Shown in pieces: positions 7,545 through 16,982 of a DNA stretch of 64,000 nucleotides; within the stretch, counting starts at the first letter, position 1; every line of letters begins with the position of its first letter. The translations under genes were made by a program, and so were the position numbers. The DNA is taken from assembly GCA_026396175.1 (NCBI GenBank), contig JAPLXG010000008.1:659-64658 (forward strand), written 5' to 3'. This DNA is from Candidatus Moraniibacteriota bacterium (lineage in GTDB: Bacteria; Patescibacteriota; Minisyncoccia; Moranbacterales; UBA2206). The notes beneath the pieces are model-generated. The model saw nothing but the letters and a program-made list of their open reading frames with translations, made no database searches and had not been told where the DNA came from.

Positions 7545-10444
7545 AAACGGGGCTTAAAAAAACAATAATCACTTTTTTGGTTATTATTAATATTTTTTCG
7601 CTGACCACACAGACAGCTCACGCCGATCTTTTGGGCGTTGCCTTGGGCAATCCAATGGCTCTTATGGATACCGTCATGAGCGCATTTGGTGTTAATAAGG
7701 ATGAAATTCAAAACATGATGCAGACGGTCAATGTCGCCAGGAAGAAGGTCACTCCTCCGACAGTTTCAATTACTTTTAATCCGACTAATCCCGTGCCCGG
7801 AGAAAAGGTAGCCGTTACCGCCGCGCCAACCTATTTTATGAATTCTCCTGAAAACCTCTACTATACCTGGTACCTAAAAAGTGCCAAATGTTTTGCCGCA
7901 AAGGACCTGGACTCAAATGGACATGAATATGGAGATGATTATAAAAAACAATACGCATCCCAAGAAGATTTTGACAAATGCGATCTTAATGGTGACGGCA
8001 AAGTTGACATTGAAGACTACAAAATTAAAGCCGCTCGCATTTTAGTTAACAATGATTTCGTCTGGCAATCTGCCGATTACTCCAAGGATACTGATAATGA
8101 CGGGTATACGGCAGTTTTTGGTGGTGATGACCAAAGAGGAAAAAGCGAACACTGCTTCATTCATGATGTTGCGAGTGGTGATGATCATGAGATAAAATGC
8201 GAAAAGCATCTCTTTCCCAACGCTCCCAGTGACAAAACCGGTGATGGAACTTTTGGTGCCAGCGAAGAACAATTTTGGCACACCAATCCAAATAATAATG
8301 ACACTGCCGGCACGGGTCGCACTGATGAAGCCAATGTCGCGGGACTAGGAGAAAATGTTTTTTCCCTTATCTACTCGGCCGGAGATAAGGTTGGTGTTGC
8401 TATAGAAGGCGTTTCTATCCAACCAACCCAGGAAAAGGATTCGTCCTATGAAACGATGTGGGCATTTACTAAAAATGAGTGCGGCAATAAAGACAACATT
8501 GGCGCTAGCACGGATAATTCCGGCTATCCAAAAACAACTGGCAATACAACCACGACCTATCCAAACACAAAAGCGGATCACAGCGTCACCCCTGGAACTC
8601 CTCCAACGCTCTACTCCGCCACGGATTATTTGACCACCGTCACAATAAAAACTGTCGAGGATATCGCTCCCGGCACAAGTCAAGTCAATGACAATGCTAC
8701 CATTAGAACGACGACGACGACCCATACTGTAGTAACTTATGTCGGCACGGACCCTGCCATCCTTGCAACCAATCCCATCTTAGATGAAATGACCACAAGC
8801 AATACTTGCTCGCAACTTGAGGCTGAAAATGGGGCTGTTTGTTCTGGAACGGATGAATACAAATCAATTAAAATGACTGCTATGGCTACGAATGACCTAA
8901 ATGATTGTCTCTATAACAATCTCATCACGCCAGCCGAAGGAGGAGGGACAAAGGAAAAATTAGATGTCGCCCTGAAATATTTACCGGAAAGTCCCACCAA
9001 TGATTCCAGTGACCCTCCCGCCGACTACAAAACGGGTGATCCCAAGGGAGATGGAGATCAAGTTTCTCTTGATGCAACCGTTGCTAATCCCAATAGCGCC
9101 TCCTATCTCAACTACACCTGGGAAGTTTATGCCAGCAACGAAATTAACCCCGATGATTGGGGAACAGCAATTTCCAAAGATAAATTAGATGGCGCAACGC
9201 AAATGTCCGGACTTGGTGTGAGCAATCTCAAGTTTAATCTCAACTTTAAATCAACCGATTTTCCGCCAGCTAACGTGCTACCAAAATACCTAAAGGTAAA
9301 AGTAACCGCCAAAGAAACGCTGGCTGAAGGGAGCGGAGAGAGAGAGGGCCACACTGATATCACTATCCCCATTTCTTCCTCAGAAGAAAGAATTAGAGTC
9401 TACACAGCGAAAGTCAATGCGGACAATATCAATTTCCCAGCCGAAAAGACTGACAAGGCCGGGCTAGCCGCCCAAGAGAGATGCTTATTTACCGATCCGA
9501 AAAGTAACGTGAAATCACCATCGGCTGTTTGTGAAGTAGCCAAAGATGAAATTATTGGCGTGGGCATTGACGACGGAACCGAAAGTGATCCCACCTACAC
9601 TGATTTTCTTTGGACCATCGACGGCGCAACGCAGGCTTGCCCAAATGACAGTTTTTCACTTTGCATTGACAAAGATGGTAAATCAACTGACCGCACTTAT
9701 TTTCCCATCCTCAAAGAACCCGGTGATCAATATGCGATCGAATTGTCTGCGCTCAATAAAAAAACCGGCGAACGAGTAGATTTGACGAGGATGTTCAAAG
9801 TTTCCACGCCGGAAGCCAAGATTGTGCCAAAAGAAAAAGATGCTTCGGATAAATATATTTGTCGCGGATTGCTTTTAGGACAATATCTAGATTTTTACGG
9901 CCAACCGCACGATGATCGCAGTGACACAAAATTTCAAGCCCTGACCGGAAATAATATCGAACTCTATCCGGTTTTTTCCGGAACAACCGCACCAACTAAA
10001 TTCGCTAATGCGACTGATTGCCCCTATGAGTGGACCGTTGATGGCCAAAATATAAATGCTGGAAACGCCACTACCTTTGGTTATAGCATCGACCTGAATG
10101 ATTCAGGAAAATTAATCCTACCCCCGAAAAATGCCGGAGAAAAATATGTTATTTCTTTTTCCGATGTCTTCACTCCCACCAACGCCACAAAACAAATGCT
10201 TAACAAATTTTGGAATATCACCTATAATCAGTTCTATGAAAAGAAATTGACGCACAACATTGAAATTGAAATGGTGGACACCACAATTGCCCAAAAAACT
10301 AATTCACCGGCAAAAATTTTCGCCACCGTTTCTTCCGGCATCCCGAGCTATTTCGCCTTTCTTTTCCGCATTGCCCTTGCCGGACTAGCCATCATCCTCG
10401 CCATAAAAATCATATTTTTCATTCTGCCCAAGAGAGAGTTATAA
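7541..10444 (+). CDS. large secreted surface protein with C-terminal membrane anchor and dockerin/EF-hand-like Ca-binding motifs
   Basis: 967 aa. N-terminal signal peptide (MKTGLKKTIITFLVIINIFSLTTQTAHA). 'DLNGDGKVDIEDYKI' resembles a dockerin-type Ca-binding loop. Thr/Asn/Asp-rich. C-terminal TM 'IALAGLAIILAIKIIFFIL'. Embedded in the pilus/T4SS-like cluster. Confidence 0.6.
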   Translation: MKTGLKKTIITFLVIINIFSLTTQTAHADLLGVALGNPMALMDTVMSAFGVNKDEIQNMMQTVNVARKKVTPPTVSITFNPTNPVPGEKVAVTAAPTYFMNSPENLYYTWYLKSAKCFAAKDLDSNGHEYGDDYKKQYASQEDFDKCDLNGDGKVDIEDYKIKAARILVNNDFVWQSADYSKDTDNDGYTAVFGGDDQRGKSEHCFIHDVASGDDHEIKCEKHLFPNAPSDKTGDGTFGASEEQFWHTNPNNNDTAGTGRTDEANVAGLGENVFSLIYSAGDKVGVAIEGVSIQPTQEKDSSYETMWAFTKNECGNKDNIGASTDNSGYPKTTGNTTTTYPNTKADHSVTPGTPPTLYSATDYLTTVTIKTVEDIAPGTSQVNDNATIRTTTTTHTVVTYVGTDPAILATNPILDEMTTSNTCSQLEAENGAVCSGTDEYKSIKMTAMATNDLNDCLYNNLITPAEGGGTKEKLDVALKYLPESPTNDSSDPPADYKTGDPKGDGDQVSLDATVANPNSASYLNYTWEVYASNEINPDDWGTAISKDKLDGATQMSGLGVSNLKFNLNFKSTDFPPANVLPKYLKVKVTAKETLAEGSGEREGHTDITIPISSSEERIRVYTAKVNADNINFPAEKTDKAGLAAQERCLFTDPKSNVKSPSAVCEVAKDEIIGVGIDDGTESDPTYTDFLWTIDGATQACPNDSFSLCIDKDGKSTDRTYFPILKEPGDQYAIELSALNKKTGERVDLTRMFKVSTPEAKIVPKEKDASDKYICRGLLLGQYLDFYGQPHDDRSDTKFQALTGNNIELYPVFSGTTAPTKFANATDCPYEWTVDGQNINAGNATTFGYSIDLNDSGKLILPPKNAGEKYVISFSDVFTPTNATKQMLNKFWNITYNQFYEKKLTHNIEIEMVDTTIAQKTNSPAKIFATVSSGIPSYFAFLFRIALAGLAIILAIKIIFFILPKREL

Positions 10445-10465
10445 AATTAGGATTTACGCGCTTGT

Positions 10466-10556
10466 GTTATTCGAGACATTAGGGTGCTTATTCGTAAATT
10501 AGAGTCGCTTTATTACGGCGACACTAATACTCGAATTTACACGCTAATGACCCAAA
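10466..10556. repeat. ~80-nt palindromic intergenic element, copy 1
   Basis: 'cattagggtgcttattcgtaaattagagtcgctttattacggcgacactaatactcgaatttacacgctaatgaccc'. The reverse complement occurs at 25322-25396. Confidence 0.65.
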
Positions 10557-10593
10557 TATGATTGAACCGTGTAAGTCCTGAGAATAAAAAAAT

Positions 10594-11679
10594 TTGATGA
10601 ATTTAAAACTAAAACAAAAAATTGTCCTAGCAATCCTTGCTTTTTTGCTGGTTTTTATTCCTTCGGTATCAAAAGCAACTAGCTGTAGTTGTGCCAATGG
10701 TAGCGTAGTTTATTATACTGGTGTAGGTGAGGCCGCTGATGTGTCCACTAGCGCAGACTGCGACCAGACCTGTGCCAACCGCGGTGCAAATCTTTATTTT
10801 TACAATGCGAGCACATTTCCTTCTAGCGTTACAAAAACACCAACCACCCCACCAGCAAACCCCACTGGCACATCTTCTCCGCAAACACCGGTAGCCTCAA
10901 ACGTCAAATATCCCTACACCCCCATGGAAGCAATTCCCGGGTTTCCCAAAACCGGATCGATGATAGACTACGTTTTGCAAATTTATCAATTTGGCCTCTG
11001 GACAATCGGAATCGCCGCCGTGTTTATGATTTCCATCGGCGCCTTTATGTATATCACCAGCGCCGGAAACACCAGCCAAATGGGCAAAGCCAAGGAGGTT
11101 ATTTTCGACGCCATTATCGGCGTCATCCTCGCCCTCACGTCCTATGTGCTGCTCAACACCATCAACCCCGCGCTTGTTCAGATTGGTGGTGGGGATTATA
11201 GTACCACTGGCGGAGGTGGAACTGGTGGCGGAGGTGGATCGGGTGGTGGAGGTGGAGGAGGTGGTAGCTGCACACCAGTAACCAGTGGCCCATGTTCAGT
11301 TGATCAATTAACTGGAAGTTGTTTTGACGGAATAGCCGATCTTTCAAAAATTTCATCTCTCTGTAATGCAGAAAGTGGCGGTGTTAATATTCCCAGTACT
11401 GTAGATATATGCACCGACAGAACAACCTACTTTTCATGCGGAGCGTTGCAAGTCAACCTAACCTGTGCATGCAAAGGAACGAATGCGTTCACTGGGGCAG
11501 AGCCGTCCACTGGTTGCGCAAATTCTAACTGCACAGGACCAGGAATAAATTATACGTCATGCACCAGTCAAACCTGCAGTGGCAGTGGAAACATAACGGC
11601 GGCCTGTAAGGCATACAAAGAACATTCGGGAAATAAATATGATACGTGGACAAAGAATAGCACCTGTGGTTTCTCATAA
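10594..11679 (+). CDS. VirB2/TrbC-like pilin with poly-Gly linker and Cys-rich C-terminal domain
   Basis: 361 aa. Signal peptide, then the two-helix pilin core 'AIPGFPKTGSMIDYVLQIYQFGLWTIGIAAVFMISIGAFMYITSAGNTSQMGKAKEVIFDAIIGVILALTSYVLLNTINPALV', then 'GGGGTGGGGGSGGGGGGGG', then ~150 aa containing about 16 Cys. Confidence 0.55.
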   Translation: MMNLKLKQKIVLAILAFLLVFIPSVSKATSCSCANGSVVYYTGVGEAADVSTSADCDQTCANRGANLYFYNASTFPSSVTKTPTTPPANPTGTSSPQTPVASNVKYPYTPMEAIPGFPKTGSMIDYVLQIYQFGLWTIGIAAVFMISIGAFMYITSAGNTSQMGKAKEVIFDAIIGVILALTSYVLLNTINPALVQIGGGDYSTTGGGGTGGGGGSGGGGGGGGSCTPVTSGPCSVDQLTGSCFDGIADLSKISSLCNAESGGVNIPSTVDICTDRTTYFSCGALQVNLTCACKGTNAFTGAEPSTGCANSNCTGPGINYTSCTSQTCSGSGNITAACKAYKEHSGNKYDTWTKNSTCGFS

Positions 11680-11700
11680 AATTATTTATAAATTTATCAT

Positions 11701-12219
11701 ATGAGCTCAAAAAAGAAACTTTTTATTAGTATCGCATTTTTATTAGTTCTTGCGCTGATATTAATATTTTGGTTTTCTAAAAAAAACACGTCGTCCTCCA
11801 GCGCCACTCAAACTACGAGCGTGAACGGCCTACCTATTATTCATGGAGAGAAGCCCGCTATCTCAATAAACACATTCGACATAACCACAAGAGATGGAAT
11901 AATTACAATTAATAATATCTATAAATTACCCGGCGTCATACTTTTGGATTTTGATGGGGTAAATTTCAAAAATTCTCAATACTACCACATGGAATATTAC
12001 CCAAAACAACAAGGTTTTATTATTGCCATACTTGACCCAGCTATCCAAAAAGCTAGAGAAATAGCAGAAAGTGACTTTCTTGAAGTGCTTAATATAACCC
12101 AGGATCAGGCTTGCAAACTCAATATATCGCTTACTGTGCCACCAAGCGTCAATGGACGGGCTAGCGGGGGAAATTACGGTCTCAGTTTTTGCCCCAATGG
12201 AAAAGCTTTTCCGAAATAA
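11701..12219 (+). CDS. hypothetical N-terminally anchored secreted protein
   Basis: 172 aa. TM/signal 'LFISIAFLLVLALILIFWF'. No recognisable domains. Confidence 0.4.
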   Translation: MSSKKKLFISIAFLLVLALILIFWFSKKNTSSSSATQTTSVNGLPIIHGEKPAISINTFDITTRDGIITINNIYKLPGVILLDFDGVNFKNSQYYHMEYYPKQQGFIIAILDPAIQKAREIAESDFLEVLNITQDQACKLNISLTVPPSVNGRASGGNYGLSFCPNGKAFPK

Positions 12220-12227
12220 CTAACCCG

Positions 12228-12402
12228 CATCTTCTCCCCCTCGGGAGAGGATGTCACGAGCACGTGACAGGTGAGGGCAAGGGCTATATTACTTGGGGAA
12301 CGCGTTATTATAGAGAGCCAATAAAATTTTTCAAAAGCCCTTTCCCTCATCCGCCCTCCGGGCACCTTCTCCCTAATGGAGAAGGGGATTCAAATTAAAC
12401 CT
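12228..12402. repeat. composite GC-rich hairpin element, copy b
   Basis: 'cttctccccctcgggagaggatgtcacgagcacgtgacaggtgaggg ... ccctcatccgccctccgggcaccttctccctaatggagaagggga'. Homologous to 6626-6866 and 59086-59312. Confidence 0.7.
12367..12392 (+). promoter_or_regulatory. SD-sequestering hairpin (CTTCTCCCTAATGGAGAAGG) upstream of the ATG at 12403
   Basis: Third occurrence of the same palindrome placed directly 5' of a start codon. Confidence 0.4.
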
Positions 12403-13320
12403 ATGCAAAAAACTCTAAAAAAAATAAATTTAAACAAAGCTGCTATTTTTTCTTTTTTTGTCTTTCTTTTTCTCTTTACTTTCAATAAAGCCAACGCCGC
12501 CGGTCTCGTTCCTTGCGGGCTGGGTGCCAGTGATCCCTGCACGCTTTGCCATTTTATCGTGGGAATTAAGGGTCTGATTGATTGGGGAATGAGCATCATC
12601 ATTGCCGTTTCCATCGCGGGAATTTCTATCGCCGGCGTACTCTATGTCCTTTCCTCTGGCAGTTCTACGCTCACCACCCAAGCCAAGGGCTTCATTACAA
12701 GCGTAGTAATCGGCTTTTCGCTCTTTCTTGGGGCATGGCTCATCATCAACACTACATTTTATTTACTTTCCGCCAAAAAAGACGATACCAGCGGCACCTA
12801 TAATCTTGGCCTCACAAGCAAAAGCTGGAATTCTTTTTCTTGCTCAACTACTAGCTCTACAATGGGAGTTTTACCTCCCACCACTGACGCAACCATAGCT
12901 GATTATAATTGCGACAAGCTCACCTTTCAAACATCTGCTGTAAAAAACCAATGCAATGATGCTTCTTCCGCTCTGCAAACAATGATTGTATGCATGAGAA
13001 ACAAGCTCGGCACCAAGATGACCATCAATTCCATTTCTGATAATAACGGGGGCGGCACCAAATGCTATCAAACTTATCCCAAGGGGCCGCAATGCGTCAA
13101 TGATGCGGACACTAACTGTTGCCACCATGCCGTAAGCTCATGTCATTACGGAGGGGTAAATGTAGGAAATTCCGAGGCAGTTGATATTTCCACTACCACA
13201 GGGCTAACTGTTGATAACATAATTACCGCCGCTAACGCATGCAACGCTGGATATACTAAAGATGAATCTGTCAACTATAATCACGTACACGTCAGTACCA
13301 CTAATTGTAGAAAAGATTAG
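12403..13320 (+). CDS. second VirB2/TrbC-like pilin with Cys-rich C-terminal domain
   Basis: The start was set at 12403 (MQKTLKK) after the hairpin. Signal peptide, then the pilin core 'GIKGLIDWGMSIIIAVSIAGISIAGVLYVLSSGSSTLTTQAKGFITSVVIGFSLFLGAWLIINTTFYLL', then a C-terminal region with about 13 Cys. Confidence 0.5.
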   Translation: MQKTLKKINLNKAAIFSFFVFLFLFTFNKANAAGLVPCGLGASDPCTLCHFIVGIKGLIDWGMSIIIAVSIAGISIAGVLYVLSSGSSTLTTQAKGFITSVVIGFSLFLGAWLIINTTFYLLSAKKDDTSGTYNLGLTSKSWNSFSCSTTSSTMGVLPPTTDATIADYNCDKLTFQTSAVKNQCNDASSALQTMIVCMRNKLGTKMTINSISDNNGGGTKCYQTYPKGPQCVNDADTNCCHHAVSSCHYGGVNVGNSEAVDISTTTGLTVDNIITAANACNAGYTKDESVNYNHVHVSTTNCRKD

Positions 13321-13381
13321 CTTTTCTATTCCACATCGCTACAAAAAAATCGGAGCTAAGCTCCGGATTCTCTCAATTTTT

Positions 13382-14530
13382 ATGTCCACCAGTAAAAAAA
13401 TCTTTTTAATCTCGCTCACTCTTTTTTGCGTTGCGCTTCTGTTTTTTGGCATCTATAATTTCGCTTTCAAAAAACCCACTGCAGTCACTCCGGTGGTGGA
13501 ACAAAAGGCACCGGCCGTTGTTACCCCACAAGTTGTGCCAAAAGTTAGCACTGACCCCATCGCCACCATCTCTGACGAAGCGGTACTCGCGCCGACACTA
13601 GTTAGTGGCACCAACGCCGTTAAATATTATTCCAGAAATAGCGGGCGAGTTTATCAGATTGATTTTGATGGCAACAGCAAGAGAACGCTCTCTGATAAAG
13701 AATTAATTGGCCTGAGTGCTGTGCTTTGGTCACCGGACAAAAATAAAGTAATCACAAAATTTGTGAGCGCCGGGACAACAAAATTCTATGCCTATGACTA
13801 TACTAGCCTACAAAGCACGCAGCTGAAAAACAATGTTGATGAAATTGCTTGGCAAAATACGGGTAATCGAATTTTCTATAAATATTATGACGCCGCTACC
13901 AAAAAAAGAACGCTGAACATTTCCGACCCTGATGGCACCAACTGGACAAAATTGGCGGACATTGATTTTCGCAATATTTCTATCGCGCAAATTCCCCAGA
14001 GTGGCCTCGTTTCTTTTTGGAATAAACCAGATGCTTTTTTTGAGACCACATTAAAATCCGTTCCGCTGATCGGAGGAGAAGAAAAGGTACTCCTAAAAGG
14101 CGTTTTTGGCGCGGATTATCTTTGGAATGCGAACGGAACGGCGGCACTCGTTAGCCACTCCGATGCCAAGGGTGGCACAAAAATCCAGCTTTCACTTATC
14201 AATTCTAACGGCGGAGAATTTAGAGATCTTAACTTGCCTTCATTTGCCTCTAAGTGCGCTTGGGCAAAAGACAATAGAACCATCTATTGCGCAATGCCCG
14301 GTGAAGTTCCCGCTTCCGCTATTTTGCCCAATGACTATGACCAAGAAAAATTTCATACTGCCGACACTTTTTGGAAGATTGACACCACCACCGGAGAAAA
14401 AAATCGTATTATCGATTTGAATAAAATCACCAATAAATATGATGCCACAGATCTTTTCCTCAATGCCGATGAAAGCATCTTGTTTTTCACTAACCGCACC
14501 GACGGAAAACTCTATCGCATAACTCTCTAA
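13382..14530 (+). CDS. secreted/anchored PD40 (TolB-like) beta-propeller repeat protein
   Basis: The start was set at the internal ATG 13382 (MSTSKKIFLISLTLFCVALLFFGIY), which is a TM anchor. 'WSPDKNKVITKF' and 'NRIFYKYYDAATKKRTLNISDPDGTNWTKL' are PD40-like blades. Confidence 0.45.
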   Translation: MSTSKKIFLISLTLFCVALLFFGIYNFAFKKPTAVTPVVEQKAPAVVTPQVVPKVSTDPIATISDEAVLAPTLVSGTNAVKYYSRNSGRVYQIDFDGNSKRTLSDKELIGLSAVLWSPDKNKVITKFVSAGTTKFYAYDYTSLQSTQLKNNVDEIAWQNTGNRIFYKYYDAATKKRTLNISDPDGTNWTKLADIDFRNISIAQIPQSGLVSFWNKPDAFFETTLKSVPLIGGEEKVLLKGVFGADYLWNANGTAALVSHSDAKGGTKIQLSLINSNGGEFRDLNLPSFASKCAWAKDNRTIYCAMPGEVPASAILPNDYDQEKFHTADTFWKIDTTTGEKNRIIDLNKITNKYDATDLFLNADESILFFTNRTDGKLYRITL

Positions 14531-14545
14531 AGCTAGCACCCCCTA

Positions 14546-14590
14546 GGCTCTAAGAGCCCGTAGCAACGGGCTCTTAGAGCCTGCTTTTTA
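14546..14590. terminator. bidirectional intrinsic terminator between convergent genes
   Basis: 15-bp perfect stem GGCTCTAAGAGCCCG-tagcaa-CGGGCTCTTAGAGCC, followed by a T-rich run. Confidence 0.7.
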
Positions 14591-15733
14591 TAACAAAACA
14601 AACAAAAGCCAAAACACAACTGTCAGATCGTTTTTGAAATAAGTCGTGTCAACTATTCCATGGAGTAAGATATAACCCATAATCCCCAGCCCGATGAATT
14701 TCAGCTGGGGATTTTTTTGTGAGCGAAAAATATGGGCAAACCAAAAATAAACCAGCGCCAGAAATCCAGCCAAGGAAAAAACTCCGCCATAGAGCCAAAA
14801 GGCTAGATAGAGACTATGCGGGTGCGGCACAGCCCATTCCAGATAGGGCGGAAAATATTTTTGATAGGCCAAATACTTTTCCTGAAAATTACCGGCGCCG
14901 ATCCCAAAAAGCGCATTATTTTCCAGCATCTTTTCAGCCGATTGCCAAATCATCATCCGCGAAGCCAAAGAAGATCGACTGTCAAAACTAACCAAAGATT
15001 GCAATTTGTTTTTTTCCAGCTGGGAAAAAAATAATATGACCAGTAAAAATAAACCTAGCAGGTATTTCTTCCAATTTATTTTTTTTCCTAACCTAAAAAC
15101 AAAACCAAAGACGAGTGCGACAGAAATCCAACTGGCATAGGAATAGGTCAAGCAGAGCGCGGCCAAGATGACCGCCAGAGAAGAAAAAACTAGCCCCTTT
15201 TTTCCCGTCTTGGTTTCGAAAAATAAAGCGTACCCGATAAAAATAGCCGGCGCCAGATACATCGCTAGATAATTGGGAGAGTTAAAAAATCCCTGCAGCC
15301 GCAAATCAAAAGTTACGTTTCCGTAGAAATAATAGCCAAGTGAAACCAGCGCTACAAAAAAGGCGGAGGCGTAGTAACTTAAAAAAACATTTTTGAGCTT
15401 CTTTTCTTCGATTACCTGACTAACAACAAAAGCAAGCGCCATTGGCAACAAAAACCAACTTTTAATTATACCGAGTCCTGTCGCATAATTTTTATTCACC
15501 AAAACTGAAACAATCAAACCAAGTAAAATAATGCCGGTGGAAAAAATAAATGGTTTATGTTTCTTAAAAAGCGCCCTATAATCAACTCCTTCTTGATAGA
15601 AAATCAACCACCCAATGACACAAGCTATAATTAGGATGTCTAACGCATTAATAAAACTAATCCGCCAAAGATAAACTGGCAGCGCAAAAATTGTCAGATA
15701 AATTAAATTTTCCAAGTTAACTATTTTTTTCAT
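14588..15733 (-). CDS. O-antigen ligase/polymerase-family (Wzy_C-like) membrane protein
   Basis: 381 aa, about 10 TM helices. 'ASRMMIWQSAEKMLENNALFGIGAGNF' resembles the periplasmic loop of O-antigen-ligase-domain proteins. Confidence 0.5.
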   Translation of the reverse strand: MKKIVNLENLIYLTIFALPVYLWRISFINALDILIIACVIGWLIFYQEGVDYRALFKKHKPFIFSTGIILLGLIVSVLVNKNYATGLGIIKSWFLLPMALAFVVSQVIEEKKLKNVFLSYYASAFFVALVSLGYYFYGNVTFDLRLQGFFNSPNYLAMYLAPAIFIGYALFFETKTGKKGLVFSSLAVILAALCLTYSYASWISVALVFGFVFRLGKKINWKKYLLGLFLLVILFFSQLEKNKLQSLVSFDSRSSLASRMMIWQSAEKMLENNALFGIGAGNFQEKYLAYQKYFPPYLEWAVPHPHSLYLAFWLYGGVFSLAGFLALVYFWFAHIFRSQKNPQLKFIGLGIMGYILLHGIVDTTYFKNDLTVVFWLLFVLL

Positions 15734-16979
15734 CTGAATTGGCCAATCGACTAAATCCGGCGATAATTAAAAATAGCGACAAAACGACCGGCGAATAAAT
15801 TGACGTTTCCACTAAAGAATGGGCGGAAGAAATTACCACGCTAACGGCGACGCAGAAAAATAAAACCTCTTTTGATTTTTTGAGAAAAATGAAAAATAGT
15901 GTTCCTAAAAATCCCAGCCACGCCAAAAGACTGACGATTCCTGTTTCTGCCGCAATATCGAGATAGTTACTGTGCGCATAAATTGGATCGCGATAATCCG
16001 CCGTCGCGCTAATCTCCAATGGATAATTGCCAATGCCCACACCAAGTAAGGGGTGGTCAACAATAACCACAAGCGCCTTTCTCCAAGTTTCAATCCGACC
16101 CTGATTTGAACCTTCCTGGAAGTTAAAACTAGAAAGAAAACGCTCCGAAATCGGACCAGGAATAATAAGAAAGCTCCCAAGACAAACAACCAAAATCAAC
16201 GCGCCTAGTTGATGCTTTTTTTTCAATCTACTAAGTAGCACGCCAATAGCTACCGCGAAGCCAGCAAATAGCCCCAAATATCCGCCGCGCGAAAAAGTCA
16301 GTAAATCCGTAAGTAGCAGCACAAAGAAAATAAACAAATAAATTTTATTTTTTAACTTTAAAAACAGTCCCAAGGCAAGCGGCAGCAGCATTCCCAGAAA
16401 AAATGCCAACATATGCGGGTCAGGAAAAGTGGCAATCGCCCGCAGATACGTCCGACCGGAAATATTCACCAGCCAACTTGGATTTTTGAGCACTGCCGCT
16501 GTCACATTTCCGCCCAGAAAAATCGGCGAAACATAGTTCGCCCAAAATTTATATGTCGCGTCTAGTCCAAAGATAAATTGAGCAGCGAATTGAGCTGCGC
16601 CAAGGAGTGCCACCAAAAATCCACCCCAGACCAAAAATCTCACCACTTTTATCATCTGCTCCTTAGAAGAAACTAAATCTGCCGCGACAAAATATAGCGG
16701 AAAAACAGAAAATAAAAACAACAGCTTTCTCACCGACCAGTCGCTATTTTTTGAAACAACAATCGAAAGGAGACTCAGAAAAAGAAAACTGGCTAGAAAA
16801 AAATTTACTTTGCCGCTTTCAATGAAAAGCTTTTTCCTTCTCAAGCCTTCCACCAGCCACACAAAAAACAACAGGAGCACAAACACCCGCGAACTCGCCA
16901 AATCCACCCCCGCACTCGGATTAAGCGCAACTTGAAAGGGCAGATAGGCGCAAAAAATTAGAAGTAGGTTGAATAACAT
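15717..16979 (-). CDS. O-antigen ligase/polymerase-family membrane protein
   Basis: 420 aa, polytopic. 'LLTFSRGGYLGLFAGFAV' and 'LLGVGIGNY' motifs resemble the Wzy_C family. Confidence 0.5.
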   Translation of the reverse strand: MLFNLLLIFCAYLPFQVALNPSAGVDLASSRVFVLLLFFVWLVEGLRRKKLFIESGKVNFFLASFLFLSLLSIVVSKNSDWSVRKLLFLFSVFPLYFVAADLVSSKEQMIKVVRFLVWGGFLVALLGAAQFAAQFIFGLDATYKFWANYVSPIFLGGNVTAAVLKNPSWLVNISGRTYLRAIATFPDPHMLAFFLGMLLPLALGLFLKLKNKIYLFIFFVLLLTDLLTFSRGGYLGLFAGFAVAIGVLLSRLKKKHQLGALILVVCLGSFLIIPGPISERFLSSFNFQEGSNQGRIETWRKALVVIVDHPLLGVGIGNYPLEISATADYRDPIYAHSNYLDIAAETGIVSLLAWLGFLGTLFFIFLKKSKEVLFFCVAVSVVISSAHSLVETSIYSPVVLSLFLIIAGFSRLANSDEKNS

Positions 16980-16982
16980 TTT

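Noticed and set aside
12376-12402. ATG at 12376 as start of the second pilin
   Set aside because: That ATG sits inside the conserved palindrome (ctaATGGAGAAGG). The ATG at 12403 follows the hairpin/SD as at the two other loci.
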